DNA of 63,919 bases, filler included, from Globobulimina sp. (GCA_003354225.1; 35 parts of 35 records of this genome joined end to end with filler, not necessarily neighbours in it), one strand, 5' to 3'. Positions 23,792 to 36,155 are shown, numbered from the whole stretch's first letter. The notes: generated from the letters alone by a model not told the origin. Program-made: numbers and translations.

Positions 23792-24047
23792 CACACTTTG
23801 ACATTAAATATTTAAAATTATCTGAAATATTCCATTTTTTAATGGCATCAAAATGCAATGCACCTCCTCGAATCACAACAGGTCGGTAAACAGATTTAAA
23901 GTAATAATTAATATGATTTTCATTTAATGCATCTATTTCCATTTCATCCACTGGGAAAAATGTTAATTTATTCTCTTTGAGACCTGATGCTGACAATTCT
24001 GTTTCAACATCTTCAATCATTGAATCTATCTTCGCGACGGCTGACAT
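23792..24047 (-). CDS. JmjC/cupin-like hydroxylase (JMJD7-like) N-terminus, 3' truncated
   Basis: RPVVIRGGALHFDAIKKW...YL motif. Confidence 0.65.
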
Positions 24048-24111
24048 GATGAATTACGCAAAACTTAGTAAGGAAGAAAAACTGTAGAGTGCAGTTTGAT
24101 GATAACATATC

Positions 24112-25520
24112 ATGTCAGATTCAACAAGAGAAGAAACCGAGATCATTCCAATTGTTGCCAACTTTATAAAAAATGCCATTGGATCACTTAATTTTGATGG
24201 ATTAGATACACGCAATGTATTTGAAAATATTGAATGCAATGATCAAGTCATCAAATTTATTACCTCCTACAATATCAATGTACTAATTATATCATTGTAT
24301 GAATGTAAAAACAAGGCCAAATTAGTTTTATCAACAAACCTATTGCAAGAAATAAATACCAATTCAAGCACTATTTTCTTAATCAAAAATGAATCAGTTA
24401 TCATATCAAAACAAAATATCAACCATATACTCACTCTGATTTCATCCGCGGCCGCTGGATCCACAGCAAATCAATACCACATAGCTAACCTCTTTCAAAC
24501 CTCACTTAAACATTTATATCTTCCATATTTTAATTCAACGCAGGATAACATTGCTAATCCACTCACGAAAATATACAATAATCTCGACTCAATTTTTATT
24601 AATTCCGCACCAGATGCTGCTTTATCTAAAATTACCTCCATTGATCACGAAATCAGGTCTCTTTTTATATGATTATTATTATTTGTTAATGTTCAAAAAT
24701 TGTTTACAAAACGCAGATATTGGAAATCGAATCAACGTTCGATAAAAGACGCGAAATTGTTTTATGAATTGCTAAATCCATTAAAAGGACGGTATAATGA
24801 TCATGATATATTAAGGAAGGATATCAATAATATAAATGCTGAAGCAATGCTAAATAATATGAATGAATTAAATGACATATTTCATTTATTATGGAATGGG
24901 AAATATCCACCTGACCGAATGAGACATTTATTGTATATTATTGACAATTATGTGGCTAAATTCATATCATTATCCCTGATGAAACATATTCCCTTCCCCT
25001 TTAATGTATGTTTTGCAAACTTTCACAGTTTAATACAGAAATTAATGTCAATTTACAATGAATGGCTGCAAATCAGAAACGATGATTTGATTAAATATTT
25101 TAAATTTGATATAAAAAGATGTAAAATAAACTATATATTTGAAAGATTATACAGCCGAATGAGTGAGATTTTAATGATACGAAGTTTATACACTGAGATT
25201 AATAAATTAATATCTCAGAAATGTGACTCGTTTTTCAATTTATTTGAATCCATTGCAGATACAATTTGGTTATGTGACGATAAAAATCAATATTTATTTG
25301 TTCAAACCAAAGAAATATGGTTTAAGAATATGACAAAACCCATCAAAATTAGTGCACACAAATTACTGCAAAGAATTAAACAAATTTCCTCAGAATCTCC
25401 ACAATTAATATTGGCAGAATTTGATAATTTTTCCATTTTATTACAACAAAATATCGTTTCTGCGCAATTTAAAACGCAAAAAATAAAATTATTAAATGAA
25501 ATGAACAAACATTTTGAAAA
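24112..25520 (+). CDS. DYNC2H1: Cytoplasmic dynein-2 (IFT) heavy chain, N-terminal tail; intron 24657-24716; 3' truncated
   Basis: Spliced DHEIRYW; LWNGKYPPDRMRHLLYII, RMSEILMIRSL and SESPQLILAEF resemble the dynein-2 DHC_N1 region. Confidence 0.7.
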
Positions 25521-25620
25521 NNNNNNNNNNNNNNNNNNNNNNNNNNNNNNNNNNNNNNNNNNNNTTAATTAATTAANNNNNNNNNNNNNNNNNNNNNNNN
25601 NNNNNNNNNNNNNNNNNNNN

Positions 25621-26989
25621 CAAACATATTCTTTTCAAATTCACCGATTCTATTTTTAATGTCTTCATTAAACGCTTGATTATCCACAAAATATTGTAAA
25701 TATAACCGATGGAATACTTCGTGTTTCCACCACAATTGTTTTTCAATTGCATTCTGATTATATACCAACATATTTGATGTTGAAATAATATCATTTTTTT
25801 TCTTTAATAAACCATCAAATGTTTGCTTATTATGCATAAAATTCCCGTTACAAAACTTCCTGAACTCTACCCCCAAATCTCTAGGTACTGAACATTGGAC
25901 ATAGATTGGTTTAAATGTCGATATACACGGCGACGAGGTGCCAGTCACAAAGTTTGTGACAGTCCCATCTCTCCGCATAATACATATCAAACTCCCAGTG
26001 GTATTTGAACAGCGCACTGGTCCATAACTCGCATGTGCGCATATATCCATTCCTGACAATCCTGTATTGACATTAGCATTGTTTCTAACTTGATGACTTC
26101 GCAATATCTGCGTGAAATCATTTATATTCAATTTCCTGTCATATGCTATTTGTTGCAAAGTAGTTTGAACATAAGATTGCCGATTATAACTATCAGAAAA
26201 ATATGATCTTTTCCAGTCGCCAAATTGTGTGTAAATATTTAAATGGTCCTTCCAGTCAATGTTATTTTCATCGCAGTAATCTCGCAATGCGGTTGATATC
26301 ATATCAAAGGGTGCAGATAATGTATATCTATTTGATATTGCATGTATTCCATGGATATATTTCTTAGCCACAAGGTACGGATTTATTGTTTCCACAATCC
26401 ATATTTCATTGTAATCTGCGACTAAATACGTTGAGTAATATCGTAAATCAGTCATCCAGGCCATGTTACCATTTTGTTGATACTCTTGCAAATAATGGTC
26501 AATTATTTTAACAGCATCCAATGCAGAATCACCAAACATTAATGCTAAACGTAATAAATCCATACCAGTCAAATATTCATTGCTGGTGTCGCATGGATAG
26601 TTATTATTGTACATGTGAGTTGGTTTAGGTTTTGAATTTGAGAATGCTGCCTCGTTACCGATACAGACGCCTGCTTCGTTGCTGCCCATTTCCGCTCCCC
26701 ACATCCACACTGGTTTACATAATAAACATCTGTATGAGATGATGTGTAACGCATAGACTAGTTTGGCTTTTTGGTGTTTTTAAAATAGTAACCTGTGGGA
26801 ATATGCTTTTGGAGGTGATACTTTTGTGTAGGTACATTCGATTATGGTGGAATCATCTATTTTAATTTCGGGCACGATCACTACTTCATGTGTTTCATTT
26901 GGATGACGGTCACTATTTTTGCAGAGAGCCGTATATCCGCCTTGCGTTTCATCTTTCATACAAACAAAGGTGTCGCAAGAAAAAGACAT
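25621..26989 (-). CDS. Secernin / peptidase C69 family; intron 26730-26792; 3' truncated
   Basis: SCDTFV nucleophile, KNSDR, CKPVWMWGAEMGSNEAGVCIGNE, LTGMDLLRLAL, ICAH, TSSPCISTFKP. Confidence 0.92.
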
Positions 26990-27043
26990 GGTTCAGTAGG
27001 TTAGTAAAAAGTGTTTAAAAATATACATCACATCTTAACAAAC

Positions 27044-27349
27044 ATGGACCAGATAATAAATTTCCGAGCATCCATTGATACATTTACTAAGTATGAGTTT
27101 GAATTGTTTTGTTATAAATTATATAAAGAATATGATAAAAGAGAATTAATAATTAAATCATTATTTCATTTATTTCTTGAAGAATCAAAACAGTATAAAT
27201 ATAAAAATGTAAGTAAAATAAATAAAATTACTAAAACTATCCTTGATTTAAGAAAGAAAACATTATCATCTCAATCATTAAATAATAACAATCCGTCAAA
27301 TGCGAATAATACTAAAACTGCAATCATTGATTTGCCATCACAATTAATT
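27044..27349 (+). CDS. Hypothetical protein (possible F-box start), 3' truncated
   Basis: Open to the contig end, finishing IIDLPSQLI. Confidence 0.45.
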
Positions 27350-27450
27350 NNNNNNNNNNNNNNNNNNNNNNNNNNNNNNNNNNNNNNNNNNNNTTAATTA
27401 ATTAANNNNNNNNNNNNNNNNNNNNNNNNNNNNNNNNNNNNNNNNNNNNC

Positions 27451-28980
27451 AAAAGAGCACTGCATGCAAACAAAAGTCAACTATCCCGTGCGATAACAGA
27501 CTCCAAAGAGAAAAGTGCATGGTATAGAAAGCAATTACAAAATGATGATGACGCAGTGAGTCGCATCAAACCAGTCAACGACTATCAAACAATTCGGAAT
27601 AGATTAAACAGAGCAAAATCACCAAGCGATTATATTGCATACTTGGATAAAAATAAAGAAGTAAAAGTGTTGGATTGTTCTGTTTATGGTAAAGCAATGA
27701 AAATGTGCACAAAACACAGAGATTACAATGGAGTCAAAACAATCATGGACATACTCCTCAGACAAATTACAGAAACACATTCTGTTAAAGTTGAAAACGT
27801 TGACTCTGTGGTATTCTCCATATTTTTCAATGCGATGACAAAGACAGATGAACCATTGCTCATTAACAGATACTTCAAAATCATGACCGATGATTTAAAA
27901 CTTTGTCCAGATATTATTATCTTTTCAATACTAATAAAATCCTGCAGAGCACAGGCAAAGTATCAGCTGGCTGAACAATATTGGAAATTAATGGAAAATA
28001 CTTATAAGCTCAAAGCAAACTATTTTGTTTATAATGAAATGATATCTGTTTATTCCATTTCCCAGCAATACAACAAAGCTATTGATAAATTCAATGAATT
28101 GTTTCGGACTCTTAGTGAGTCGGAAAAGAAACAAGCAGCGTTTTTTAAGATATTTGGAACTTATTTGAACATATTCAGTCGGATTGGAGATGTTAAAGGA
28201 ATGCAGAATGCAATCGAATTAATTCAAATATATGATCATAAATTAGATATTGCGATGTATGGTGATCTGATGAGAGGATGTATTGTCGCAAGAAAACCCA
28301 AAAAGGCAATAAAATATTATAACACATTAAGTAAAGATAAAATAAAAACAGATGCAACAACACAAAGTTTAAAAGGAATTGCATTGGAACAAATCATTAA
28401 AAATGATAAGGAATTAAATTTTGAGCAGAAATTAACAATTTATGATAAACTGATTGGACATAATCAGAATTCCAAGTTGATACCACGTGCAATTGCAGCA
28501 AATACAGAGCTGAGAACATGCATTGTATTATACCATAACTACGAACCTATGAAAATAGTAGAAACGTTTGAGAAATATAAACATTTAATAAATTACAAAA
28601 CCGCTGCAGATACGATTGATTTTCATATCTTTGACCATATTCAAGTACAGTTTTTATTGCGCTATATTTTAGGATTTAAGTTAAATGAATTTAATGTTGA
28701 TATAAACAATGGATTGGTAGTTGTTGTTGGAAGAGGAAAACATAATGTTATGATAGGCAGGAATTGGAAATACAGTCTCAAGCAGTTTGTTGAAGATGAA
28801 TTATTACGCTATGAACCACCAATTAAATGCAAAGTTGATGACTCTAATAGAGGGCGGCTGTTTATTCCAAAAAATGAATTGTTGCCATATTTGACGAATG
28901 AAACAAATTATGCCAAAAATAAGTTAAAATATCCATCGAATGACTGGTATTTAACTGATCAAAGAACTTTTACAGATTAA
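27451..28980 (+). CDS. PPR-Smr protein, 5' truncated
   Basis: 35-aa repeats (PDIIIFSILIKSC, ANYFVYNEMISVY, LDIAMYGDLMRGC); C-terminal Smr IDFH...VVVGRGKH...NRGRL. Confidence 0.85.
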   Translation, partial: KRALHANKSQLSRAITDSKEKSAWYRKQLQNDDDAVSRIKPVNDYQTIRNRLNRAKSPSDYIAYLDKNKEVKVLDCSVYGKAMKMCTKHRDYNGVKTIMDILLRQITETHSVKVENVDSVVFSIFFNAMTKTDEPLLINRYFKIMTDDLKLCPDIIIFSILIKSCRAQAKYQLAEQYWKLMENTYKLKANYFVYNEMISVYSISQQYNKAIDKFNELFRTLSESEKKQAAFFKIFGTYLNIFSRIGDVKGMQNAIELIQIYDHKLDIAMYGDLMRGCIVARKPKKAIKYYNTLSKDKIKTDATTQSLKGIALEQIIKNDKELNFEQKLTIYDKLIGHNQNSKLIPRAIAANTELRTCIVLYHNYEPMKIVETFEKYKHLINYKTAADTIDFHIFDHIQVQFLLRYILGFKLNEFNVDINNGLVVVVGRGKHNVMIGRNWKYSLKQFVEDELLRYEPPIKCKVDDSNRGRLFIPKNELLPYLTNETNYAKNKLKYPSNDWYLTDQRTFTD

Positions 28981-29867
28981 ATGTTGTTATTCATTATTGA
29001 TTATTTGTAAGAATCATTACTTACTTCATCTAATCCTCTCATTATAACTCCCTCTCTCAACTATGTATCTCAAATAAAGGTCCTTGAATTTACTTATTTT
29101 GATTGTTTTAATTCCTGTAATATCCTTTTCAAATCCCTTCTATCGCCGAATTTATCCACTCCAAATTGCCGCAAATCANNNNNNNNNNNNNNNNNNNNNN
29201 NNNNNNNNNNNNNNNNNNNNNNTTAATTAATTAANNNNNNNNNNNNNNNNNNNNNNNNNNNNNNNNNNNNNNNNNNNNTAAACATATCTCCTTTCTAAAA
29301 ATAGTAAAATTGTGAGTATAATCCATGATAATAACTCCCACTACGGTTCAAATATTTTCCAGTTTAATTTGTCCTTTGTCTCCAATTCAGAGACCATTAT
29401 TGTTGCAACCAATGCGTAGGAAATTGATAAAGTGAATATAATGCTTAATATGAAATCCATATTACATATGTCACCGAGTGATTGTGCTTTTTCTGCTTTT
29501 TCAATCATGTGATATGACTGCAAATAAGCATTGTCCATTCTTGATTTCATTCTCAATAACTAGTTTGTGTGTGTATTTGCATGCAATTTATATGTAATAT
29601 ATTAATATATATGATAGGTGTATTTAACTGAAATTATATAATACATGCACAAAGAGATGAATGTAAAATTAATTGGAGCAAATATGAGCCATGATTGAGC
29701 ACATGAAGTTAGATCGTTATTTTGCTCGTTTATTGGACCCCATCCTTGACTGTCATTGCAAAAATCATCTAAAAACATGGTCGATAATAAAATTGAAGGA
29801 TGACGGAAGGATGATGTTGAGTAAGGTAAAAAACACTAGTGATAAAAAAGTATTCCACTTAAGCTTG

Positions 29868-30904
29868 TCAGGACTTATACCAATCTAAAAACAACAATGA
29901 AAAGGCCAGCGTCAAGACAACAGTGATAAAGACAGTCCTTGAATCTTTGCTTCTCTTTTCAGCTTTCTCCAATTCCTTATTACCTAATTCTAAATTGTCT
30001 AAACTGCCAATAATAGCACCTTGAATATTTGTGATGAGACTTTGCTGAGAAATCATTTGTTCTGTAAATAAAGACAACAAATCTACAATCTCTATTGTTT
30101 TATGTTCGGCTGCTATCACTTCGACATGCTCCTCTTCCAATAATTTGAGCATTTCCTTGTTTTCTTGCGCAAATTCCTGTATTTCCAGGTTGGTCATCTC
30201 CATATTTTCAAATATCTCCGCATCCATATTCATATTCGTTTGCATTATGTCATTAACAAAGACATCCAATTCTTTATTGTCCATATTTGCATTTATTCCA
30301 TCCATACAATGTGAAGCATGCAATGTTTTCGATCCTTCTTTAATTAAATCCGATATTTTATTGCTTAATGAAGACACTTCAAATCGTAAACAGTTCAAAA
30401 TATTTTGTTGATGATAAATGTAATCATGTTTTCTCTCCAAATTACAACTATCTATTTTTATCAATTTAATATTAAATGTGCATTTTAATATATATAAATA
30501 TCTGATATATACCCAGTAATTCTGCCAACTTTGTAATTTGTGCTGTTATATCTTTGACAAACACTAATATTTCATTTTCAAACTTAAATCGATCATCTTC
30601 TGTCCATATTTCATTTTCATTCTCTTTTATTGCCTCATCTGACTTCATAAAACGATTTAGATCCAAATAATTCGATTGATTTTCTGATACCATTTTATGC
30701 ATTTGTTTCAAGTTAAATAACTGTTCAAATTGTTATTTTATTTTATTTTATTAGCAATTGTTTATAAAGAAATACCATTTGTTTGCCAGTTGTAATGATG
30801 ACGGAATCTTCCACTGTGTCACGCATTGGTGCTGATTTGAGAGTACCTTTACTTTTGATACGAATGTATTCAAGAAACTCTTCTGTTCGATTTTGGCCAA
30901 CCAT
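29868..30904 (-). CDS. STX18: Syntaxin-18-like Qa-SNARE; introns 30721-30775 and 30452-30512
   Basis: N-peptide NRTEEF, YLD...DRFKFE, FAQEN, SNARE coil with central Gln, C-terminal TM ending LLFLDWY. Confidence 0.8.
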
Positions 30905-31153
30905 GATTATTTTGAAATTCTGACTTAAGTACAAAATACACATTTCATCTTTTCACAAAAACAACTTCCATCTTCCGTTCCAAATTTACAAAAAAATTAT
31001 ACCTGATNNNNNNNNNNNNNNNNNNNNNNNNNNNNNNNNNNNNNNNNNNNNTTAATTAATTAANNNNNNNNNNNNNNNNNNNNNNNNNNNNNNNNNNNNN
31101 NNNNNNNTCATATTATTCATTACAAAATTAATAAAAAGCTATTTGGCTGGATG

Positions 31154-32092
31154 TTAATTAAAGTTAAAGCCAACAAGCTGATTTCTTAAATGAACAAAAT
31201 GAACTCTCGATGCAAATGATTTTGTAATATCAATAATATCATTATCTGCTCGCGAGGCATATGAACCGACACAAAGTGTTAATCCATTGTTTCTTGATTT
31301 AACTGTATCCAATATTTGAGAAACATCTTTTTTTGTAGATACAATACGTGGAACATCCAATATATTTAAGGGTGGGTCATCCGGATGTAATGCTAACCGA
31401 ACATTATATTCTTCACAAACTGGTATTATACGTCGTAAAAAATAATATAAATTTCTCCTCAATTCGTTTGCAGTTAATTTTAAATATAAATTTAATTTTT
31501 TACGAAATGTACGCATGTCATATACTTGATTGACATTGCCAGGCAAACCAGCGATAATTGTATCTCGTAATAAATTCATTTCATTTTTAGACATTTTATT
31601 AAATCTTTTCCTTGCTTCAAACTGTTCATTTTGTGTGTATCGCCATTTTGCAGTTGGATGATCCAATACAAATAATTCAAAAATAGCAAAATTAATATAA
31701 TCAAAGGCCACCGCATATGACCCATCCTCGTATGGATATTTTAAGTCAGTTCTTGTCCAATCTAATAAAGGCATAAAATGATATGCGATTACATTGATAT
31801 TACACTTTGACAAATTTTGTATTGATTCAATATAATTTGCAATATATTTATCGCGGTCTGATAATCCTAATTTTATGGATTCTGAAACTGGGACAGATTC
31901 AACGACCATCCATTCTAAACCAGCTTTTTGAATTAAATTCTTTCTTTCTAAAATATCTTCATATTGCCATACATCACCTACTTTAATCCCATGCAATGCG
32001 GTAACAATTCCTTTTACGCCGGTTTGGCGAATTTCAGCTAATGTGATGGGATCATGCGGGCCAAACCACCTCCAGCTTTCCGTTAGACTCAT
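31154..32092 (-). CDS. uxuA: Mannonate dehydratase (3' end probably continues after an intron or beyond the contig)
   Basis: WRWFGPHDP, VVESVPV, FMPLLDWTRT, IAGLPG, LALHPDDPP, NGLTLCVGS, HFVHLR. Confidence 0.93.
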   Translation of the reverse strand: MSLTESWRWFGPHDPITLAEIRQTGVKGIVTALHGIKVGDVWQYEDILERKNLIQKAGLEWMVVESVPVSESIKLGLSDRDKYIANYIESIQNLSKCNINVIAYHFMPLLDWTRTDLKYPYEDGSYAVAFDYINFAIFELFVLDHPTAKWRYTQNEQFEARKRFNKMSKNEMNLLRDTIIAGLPGNVNQVYDMRTFRKKLNLYLKLTANELRRNLYYFLRRIIPVCEEYNVRLALHPDDPPLNILDVPRIVSTKKDVSQILDTVKSRNNGLTLCVGSYASRADNDIIDITKSFASRVHFVHLRNQLVGFNFN

Positions 32093-32146
32093 GGTTTGAA
32101 TGAATGAAAGTTAAATTGGAAAACTTAGAGTACAGTACTGTTGGTC

Positions 32147-32836
32147 ATGGCGGTTATAGACCTCGTATTGATTAGTTTCACATGTTTAATTTTCGGATTG
32201 TGCAGTTGTATCGGTTATTATCTAATATATACAGGATTGCTACATTTTATTTGGAGGAATAAATTGATCCTTAATGGACGTGATGGAACTGCTAAAGTTT
32301 CAGCTAAAAAAACAAATACTCTCCAATTAGATGGGTCAAATCAAACATTTTATTCATTATCGTATGCATTTTCATATGAAAATAAGCGATATGAGATCCA
32401 GCATAGACTACCAAAAGCACAATATGATAAATTCAAAATTCATGACACTATTTATATCTCCTTTGATCCTCTAAATCCATCCAATAGTTTACCAAAAATG
32501 GCCTTTGCTTATCCAAAAGCAAAAGCTATAAAAAATATAATCTTTGGAATTTTCATTGTCATTTTTAGTGTTTGTGCCTGTCTCGGTATTATTTATTTAT
32601 TTGGCTATCGAGATATTTTTGTATTTATCTTGAATTTATGTATCGTGTTGATTGGATTTCCATTTTTGGCGCTTTTCTGCAGATTGACAGTGTGTAGAAA
32701 CGAATCGGCAAAACAAGAGATGGGACCCGCACCAGAACAAAAATGGACGCAAGATTTTGTTGAGTTGGGAGTCAATACAAATACGGCGTTAACGGAACAG
32801 AAAGACTGCGATTCAGATTCAGATGAAGATGATGTA
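32147..32836 (+). CDS. DUF3592-like membrane protein, 3' truncated
   Basis: TM, then beta domain YSLSYAF...IYISFDPLNP, then two TMs and an acidic tail. Confidence 0.55.
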
Positions 32837-32937
32837 NNNNNNNNNNNNNNNNNNNNNNNNNNNNNNNNNNNNNNNNNNNNTTAATTAATTAANNNNNNNN
32901 NNNNNNNNNNNNNNNNNNNNNNNNNNNNNNNNNNNNT

Positions 32938-34542
32938 CACAAATCGCTAATATTTGACATTAGCAACGCGTTGTACTCATTGAACCACTCATTATCCGGC
33001 AGTCAGAATAGTAAATTGACGCAAATCCAAGAAATCTCGCTATGCGATGTCAAGTGTTTGACGCAGGAATTGTCCACGTTTTTGAACAACAATGCTTCCA
33101 ATTTGAAGTCCATCGATTTGATGTTTACACAAAAATGTCTCTGTCCTCAATATATTGCCAGCAAACAGCATTCAAACAGCATTGGAACCGCACCCAAATC
33201 GCCCTCGCTTGTGATTACACCATCGGGCCATACCAGTTTATCCACGACGTTTTCGAGTATCCCGTCCATGAGGTTACAAAATACGTACTCGCAGCATTCA
33301 GATAGCGACAATTCACTGCAATATCATCGCAAAAAAAATAAAAAAAAAGATCGAAGCAAAAAAACCGTTTCTGAGCTATTTGACGCCATTTTGAAATATC
33401 TGAAAAAGCAAACTGCGATAATCCACGAACATAATCACAAAATTAAGAAGAAATTCAAATTAGCAAAAAAAAAATCGAATCAATCCAGCGGACCAAAACT
33501 AAAAATAACATATGCGAATAAGTTAAAATTCTTATCCTTGGAATCCTTCTCATTTTCGTTTCCCTTCGATATGGATTTATCTATTTTGGATGGCTTTTGT
33601 CAGTTATTTAAGTTTTTTGAGTTGAATGACTGCTTAGAAATATCGCTGAAAAACCTCTATTTGGACGGTGGCTGTTTGACGCCGTTCACGTCGGCCTCGG
33701 CCGCGGCGAACAATAATTCATTGACATGGTCGAATTTGTTATCGTCGCAAACTGGAAACATCGAGATTTTGTGCATGAAGCGGGTCTTATATTCGTCGGC
33801 CATGTTTTTCGAGAATTTTAGTGTTGGTTTCGTCGCTTGTTTGAAAAAAATCGATTTGCAAATTATTTATGGCGATGAATATGACGATCCATATTTGCAT
33901 AGCGAGCAAGGTGACGGTCGCGAGCCCATTGCGGAATTATTGCAGTCTTTGTCGCAATGCCAATGTCTGGAAATCCTGATTTTAGATTTAATCCAACATC
34001 ACGAAAATATCAACGACAGTCATTCTGAGATGATCCCTCAATTAGACATACAAGACATTGATCACTTTATTAAGCACGAAAATATTCAGAAGAATCTGAA
34101 GAAACTGAATCTAACTTTTAATCAATTATCGACGGCCAAATATGAACAAGCGAATGAAGGGCAAATAGCGTCGAAGTTTATTCGTCGAAATCACTTGAAT
34201 TTAGGCAGCATTTTGCGAATTAACAATGAGTTTAAAGATGACATTGAAACGCTTATTATGCAGTGGTTTGGAGAGTGTCTGGAATTAAATAAGATTCGTT
34301 TGATTCGGCATATTGACTTTCAAAATATTGATAATCACTCAAATCGATATAAAATTGATCAGAATATTGATTTTCAGAATAAATTGCCATTTAAGAAGAA
34401 ATCGAAAGTAATTATCGATCAAACAAAACATAATTTGCATTTTTATGGTGTCTCAAAAAAGAAGAAAATTGGCGACTTTTATCGTGGCGAAGTATTTGGC
34501 GAATTGGCGAAAATATTACAGCCACAAAATCCGGTTGAATAA
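32938..34542 (+). CDS. Hypothetical LRR/RNI-like protein, 5' truncated
   Basis: Long ORF with LxxLxL repeats (LKSIDL, LKFLSL, LKKIDL, LEILIL, LKKLNL). Confidence 0.55.
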   Translation, partial: HKSLIFDISNALYSLNHSLSGSQNSKLTQIQEISLCDVKCLTQELSTFLNNNASNLKSIDLMFTQKCLCPQYIASKQHSNSIGTAPKSPSLVITPSGHTSLSTTFSSIPSMRLQNTYSQHSDSDNSLQYHRKKNKKKDRSKKTVSELFDAILKYLKKQTAIIHEHNHKIKKKFKLAKKKSNQSSGPKLKITYANKLKFLSLESFSFSFPFDMDLSILDGFCQLFKFFELNDCLEISLKNLYLDGGCLTPFTSASAAANNNSLTWSNLLSSQTGNIEILCMKRVLYSSAMFFENFSVGFVACLKKIDLQIIYGDEYDDPYLHSEQGDGREPIAELLQSLSQCQCLEILILDLIQHHENINDSHSEMIPQLDIQDIDHFIKHENIQKNLKKLNLTFNQLSTAKYEQANEGQIASKFIRRNHLNLGSILRINNEFKDDIETLIMQWFGECLELNKIRLIRHIDFQNIDNHSNRYKIDQNIDFQNKLPFKKKSKVIIDQTKHNLHFYGVSKKKKIGDFYRGEVFGELAKILQPQNPVE

Positions 34543-34765
34543 TATATATTGTTTTGTGTGTTTCTTTTTGTTGTTGCTTGTATTTATTGTTTCTATGTAT
34601 TTGTTCGATCTTTTTCTTGTATTCGGACAAGTAGCCTTATATCAAATTGTTTTTGTTTTGAAAATNNNNNNNNNNNNNNNNNNNNNNNNNNNNNNNNNNN
34701 NNNNNNNNNTTAATTAATTAANNNNNNNNNNNNNNNNNNNNNNNNNNNNNNNNNNNNNNNNNNNN

Positions 34766-34921
34766 ACTGCGAAGTCGCCAAAGCGCCCAAAAGTGGAGAG
34801 AAAGAATAAAAAAATAAATAAGAAAAACCGAGATCGAGCGCGTTCTGTCGGTGTACATGTGGATGAATATGCTGTTGAATGCGAGCATGGATTTATGTTT
34901 GTTAATACTGACAATGTATAA
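34766..34921 (+). CDS. 3' end of a hypothetical basic protein
   Basis: Open from the contig start: TAKSPKRPK...FVNTDNV-stop, followed by AT-rich UTR-like sequence. Confidence 0.4.
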   Translation, partial: TAKSPKRPKVERKNKKINKKNRDRARSVGVHVDEYAVECEHGFMFVNTDNV

Positions 34922-35530
34922 TTGTCCATGTTTGTATTTAAACACTTAGCATTTTTCTACAAAAGAACACTTTAAATATACTATATTCTATATAATAAGT
35001 ATAAAGAAATTCTATACTTAGCATTTTTTTACTGTTAAATTCTTTTTTTTTATAATTATAAAATATATTTTATATATAAACTGTTATTTTTATTACATTT
35101 TAGTTTTTTTCTCTATATATATATATATATGCCAACTAGTGCACATATTGTGTGATATATTTGATTGTGTGTGTTGCTTATTGGTATTTAAAACATCGCA
35201 TTGTTGCATTTTTTGTTCGGACCAGCATACACATTACCATTGTCAGATTATGTCTTATTGGCATGGCTCTTTTCGTAAAAACGTATGAGCCACATATACA
35301 CTGTTTGTTTACTTTGAGCCACATATACACTGTGAGGTAGGTATGAGCACACTAACTCTTTTTGTTGTGTATGTGTTTCTTTCTAAGGTTTTCACAGAAA
35401 ATAATAATAATATGCTTATAATTGCTCGTTTACCAATCGGTTATAATTACGGAGTTGAACCACAAAAACACATAAAACAATGCTAACTTTCAAACAAGCC
35501 AAAGATAATAATTATTGAGTTGTTTAAGAA

Positions 35531-36040
35531 CTAATAATAAGGCGCACAATTAACACATAAATCATATCCATTTGCATGCCGTTGATTCCTTTCACCGGGA
35601 CAATGATACACAAATTCCTGTGTTGTATTAGTTAAATCTCTAAAACAATGATCACAGCTCACACCAGTTCCATTATAGACACTTTGTATCCATCTCTTCT
35701 GTAAATATCTGCCACAAATACATATTGGCCCTCTATTGTTCCTGATCCTGTTGCTATTATTCCCCTTTTTGTTATTGTCTGTACTCACAGTATTTGTCCC
35801 AATCAATTCAAATTCCTTAAATATTTTATTTGCGCAATCTTTATCAATTTGGAACGAATGCATAATATCTATCACCTCCTCCATCGAATTAAAGTCACGT
35901 CCATTTATGTTGTGTTGTGAGATAATATTAATTATTTTTTTACCATTCTCTGCTTTCAAATGTAAACTATTTATCCATTCTTTTAATTCATTACAAGTCC
36001 ATTCCTCAATATCTTTACTTTTCCAATTTGATGTATTTGC
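35531..36040 (-). CDS. SAM domain + C-terminal Cys/His zinc finger protein, 5' part replaced by foreign DNA
   Basis: IEEWTCNELKEWINSL...HNINGRDF (SAM); CICG...CDHC...YHC...H..GYDLCVNC. Confidence 0.7.
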   Translation of the reverse strand, partial: ANTSNWKSKDIEEWTCNELKEWINSLHLKAENGKKIINIISQHNINGRDFNSMEEVIDIMHSFQIDKDCANKIFKEFELIGTNTVSTDNNKKGNNSNRIRNNRGPICICGRYLQKRWIQSVYNGTGVSCDHCFRDLTNTTQEFVYHCPGERNQRHANGYDLCVNCAPYY

Positions 36041-36155
36041 GCCTTTGGATTGTGTGACAGGCTCTACACCGCGCATGGTACTGGTTCCTGGCTTTTACGA
36101 AAGGAAACTCAGTGAGTTCCTTTTCGATGTTGCACAGGGTACAGACTTTAGTCAT
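36015..36155 (-). CDS. Phage-type CxxC...CxxC zinc-finger ORF (N-terminus of a putative homing endonuclease), truncated at the junction
   Basis: MTKVCTLCNIEKELTEF...RCRAC; start overlaps the upstream stop as ATGA. Confidence 0.55.
   Translation of the reverse strand: MTKVCTLCNIEKELTEFPFVKARNQYHARCRACHTIQRRKYIKLEK

Noticed and set aside
29279-29860. Short ORFs downstream of syntaxin 18
   Set aside because: Under 75 aa, no recognisable motifs, unresolved structure.
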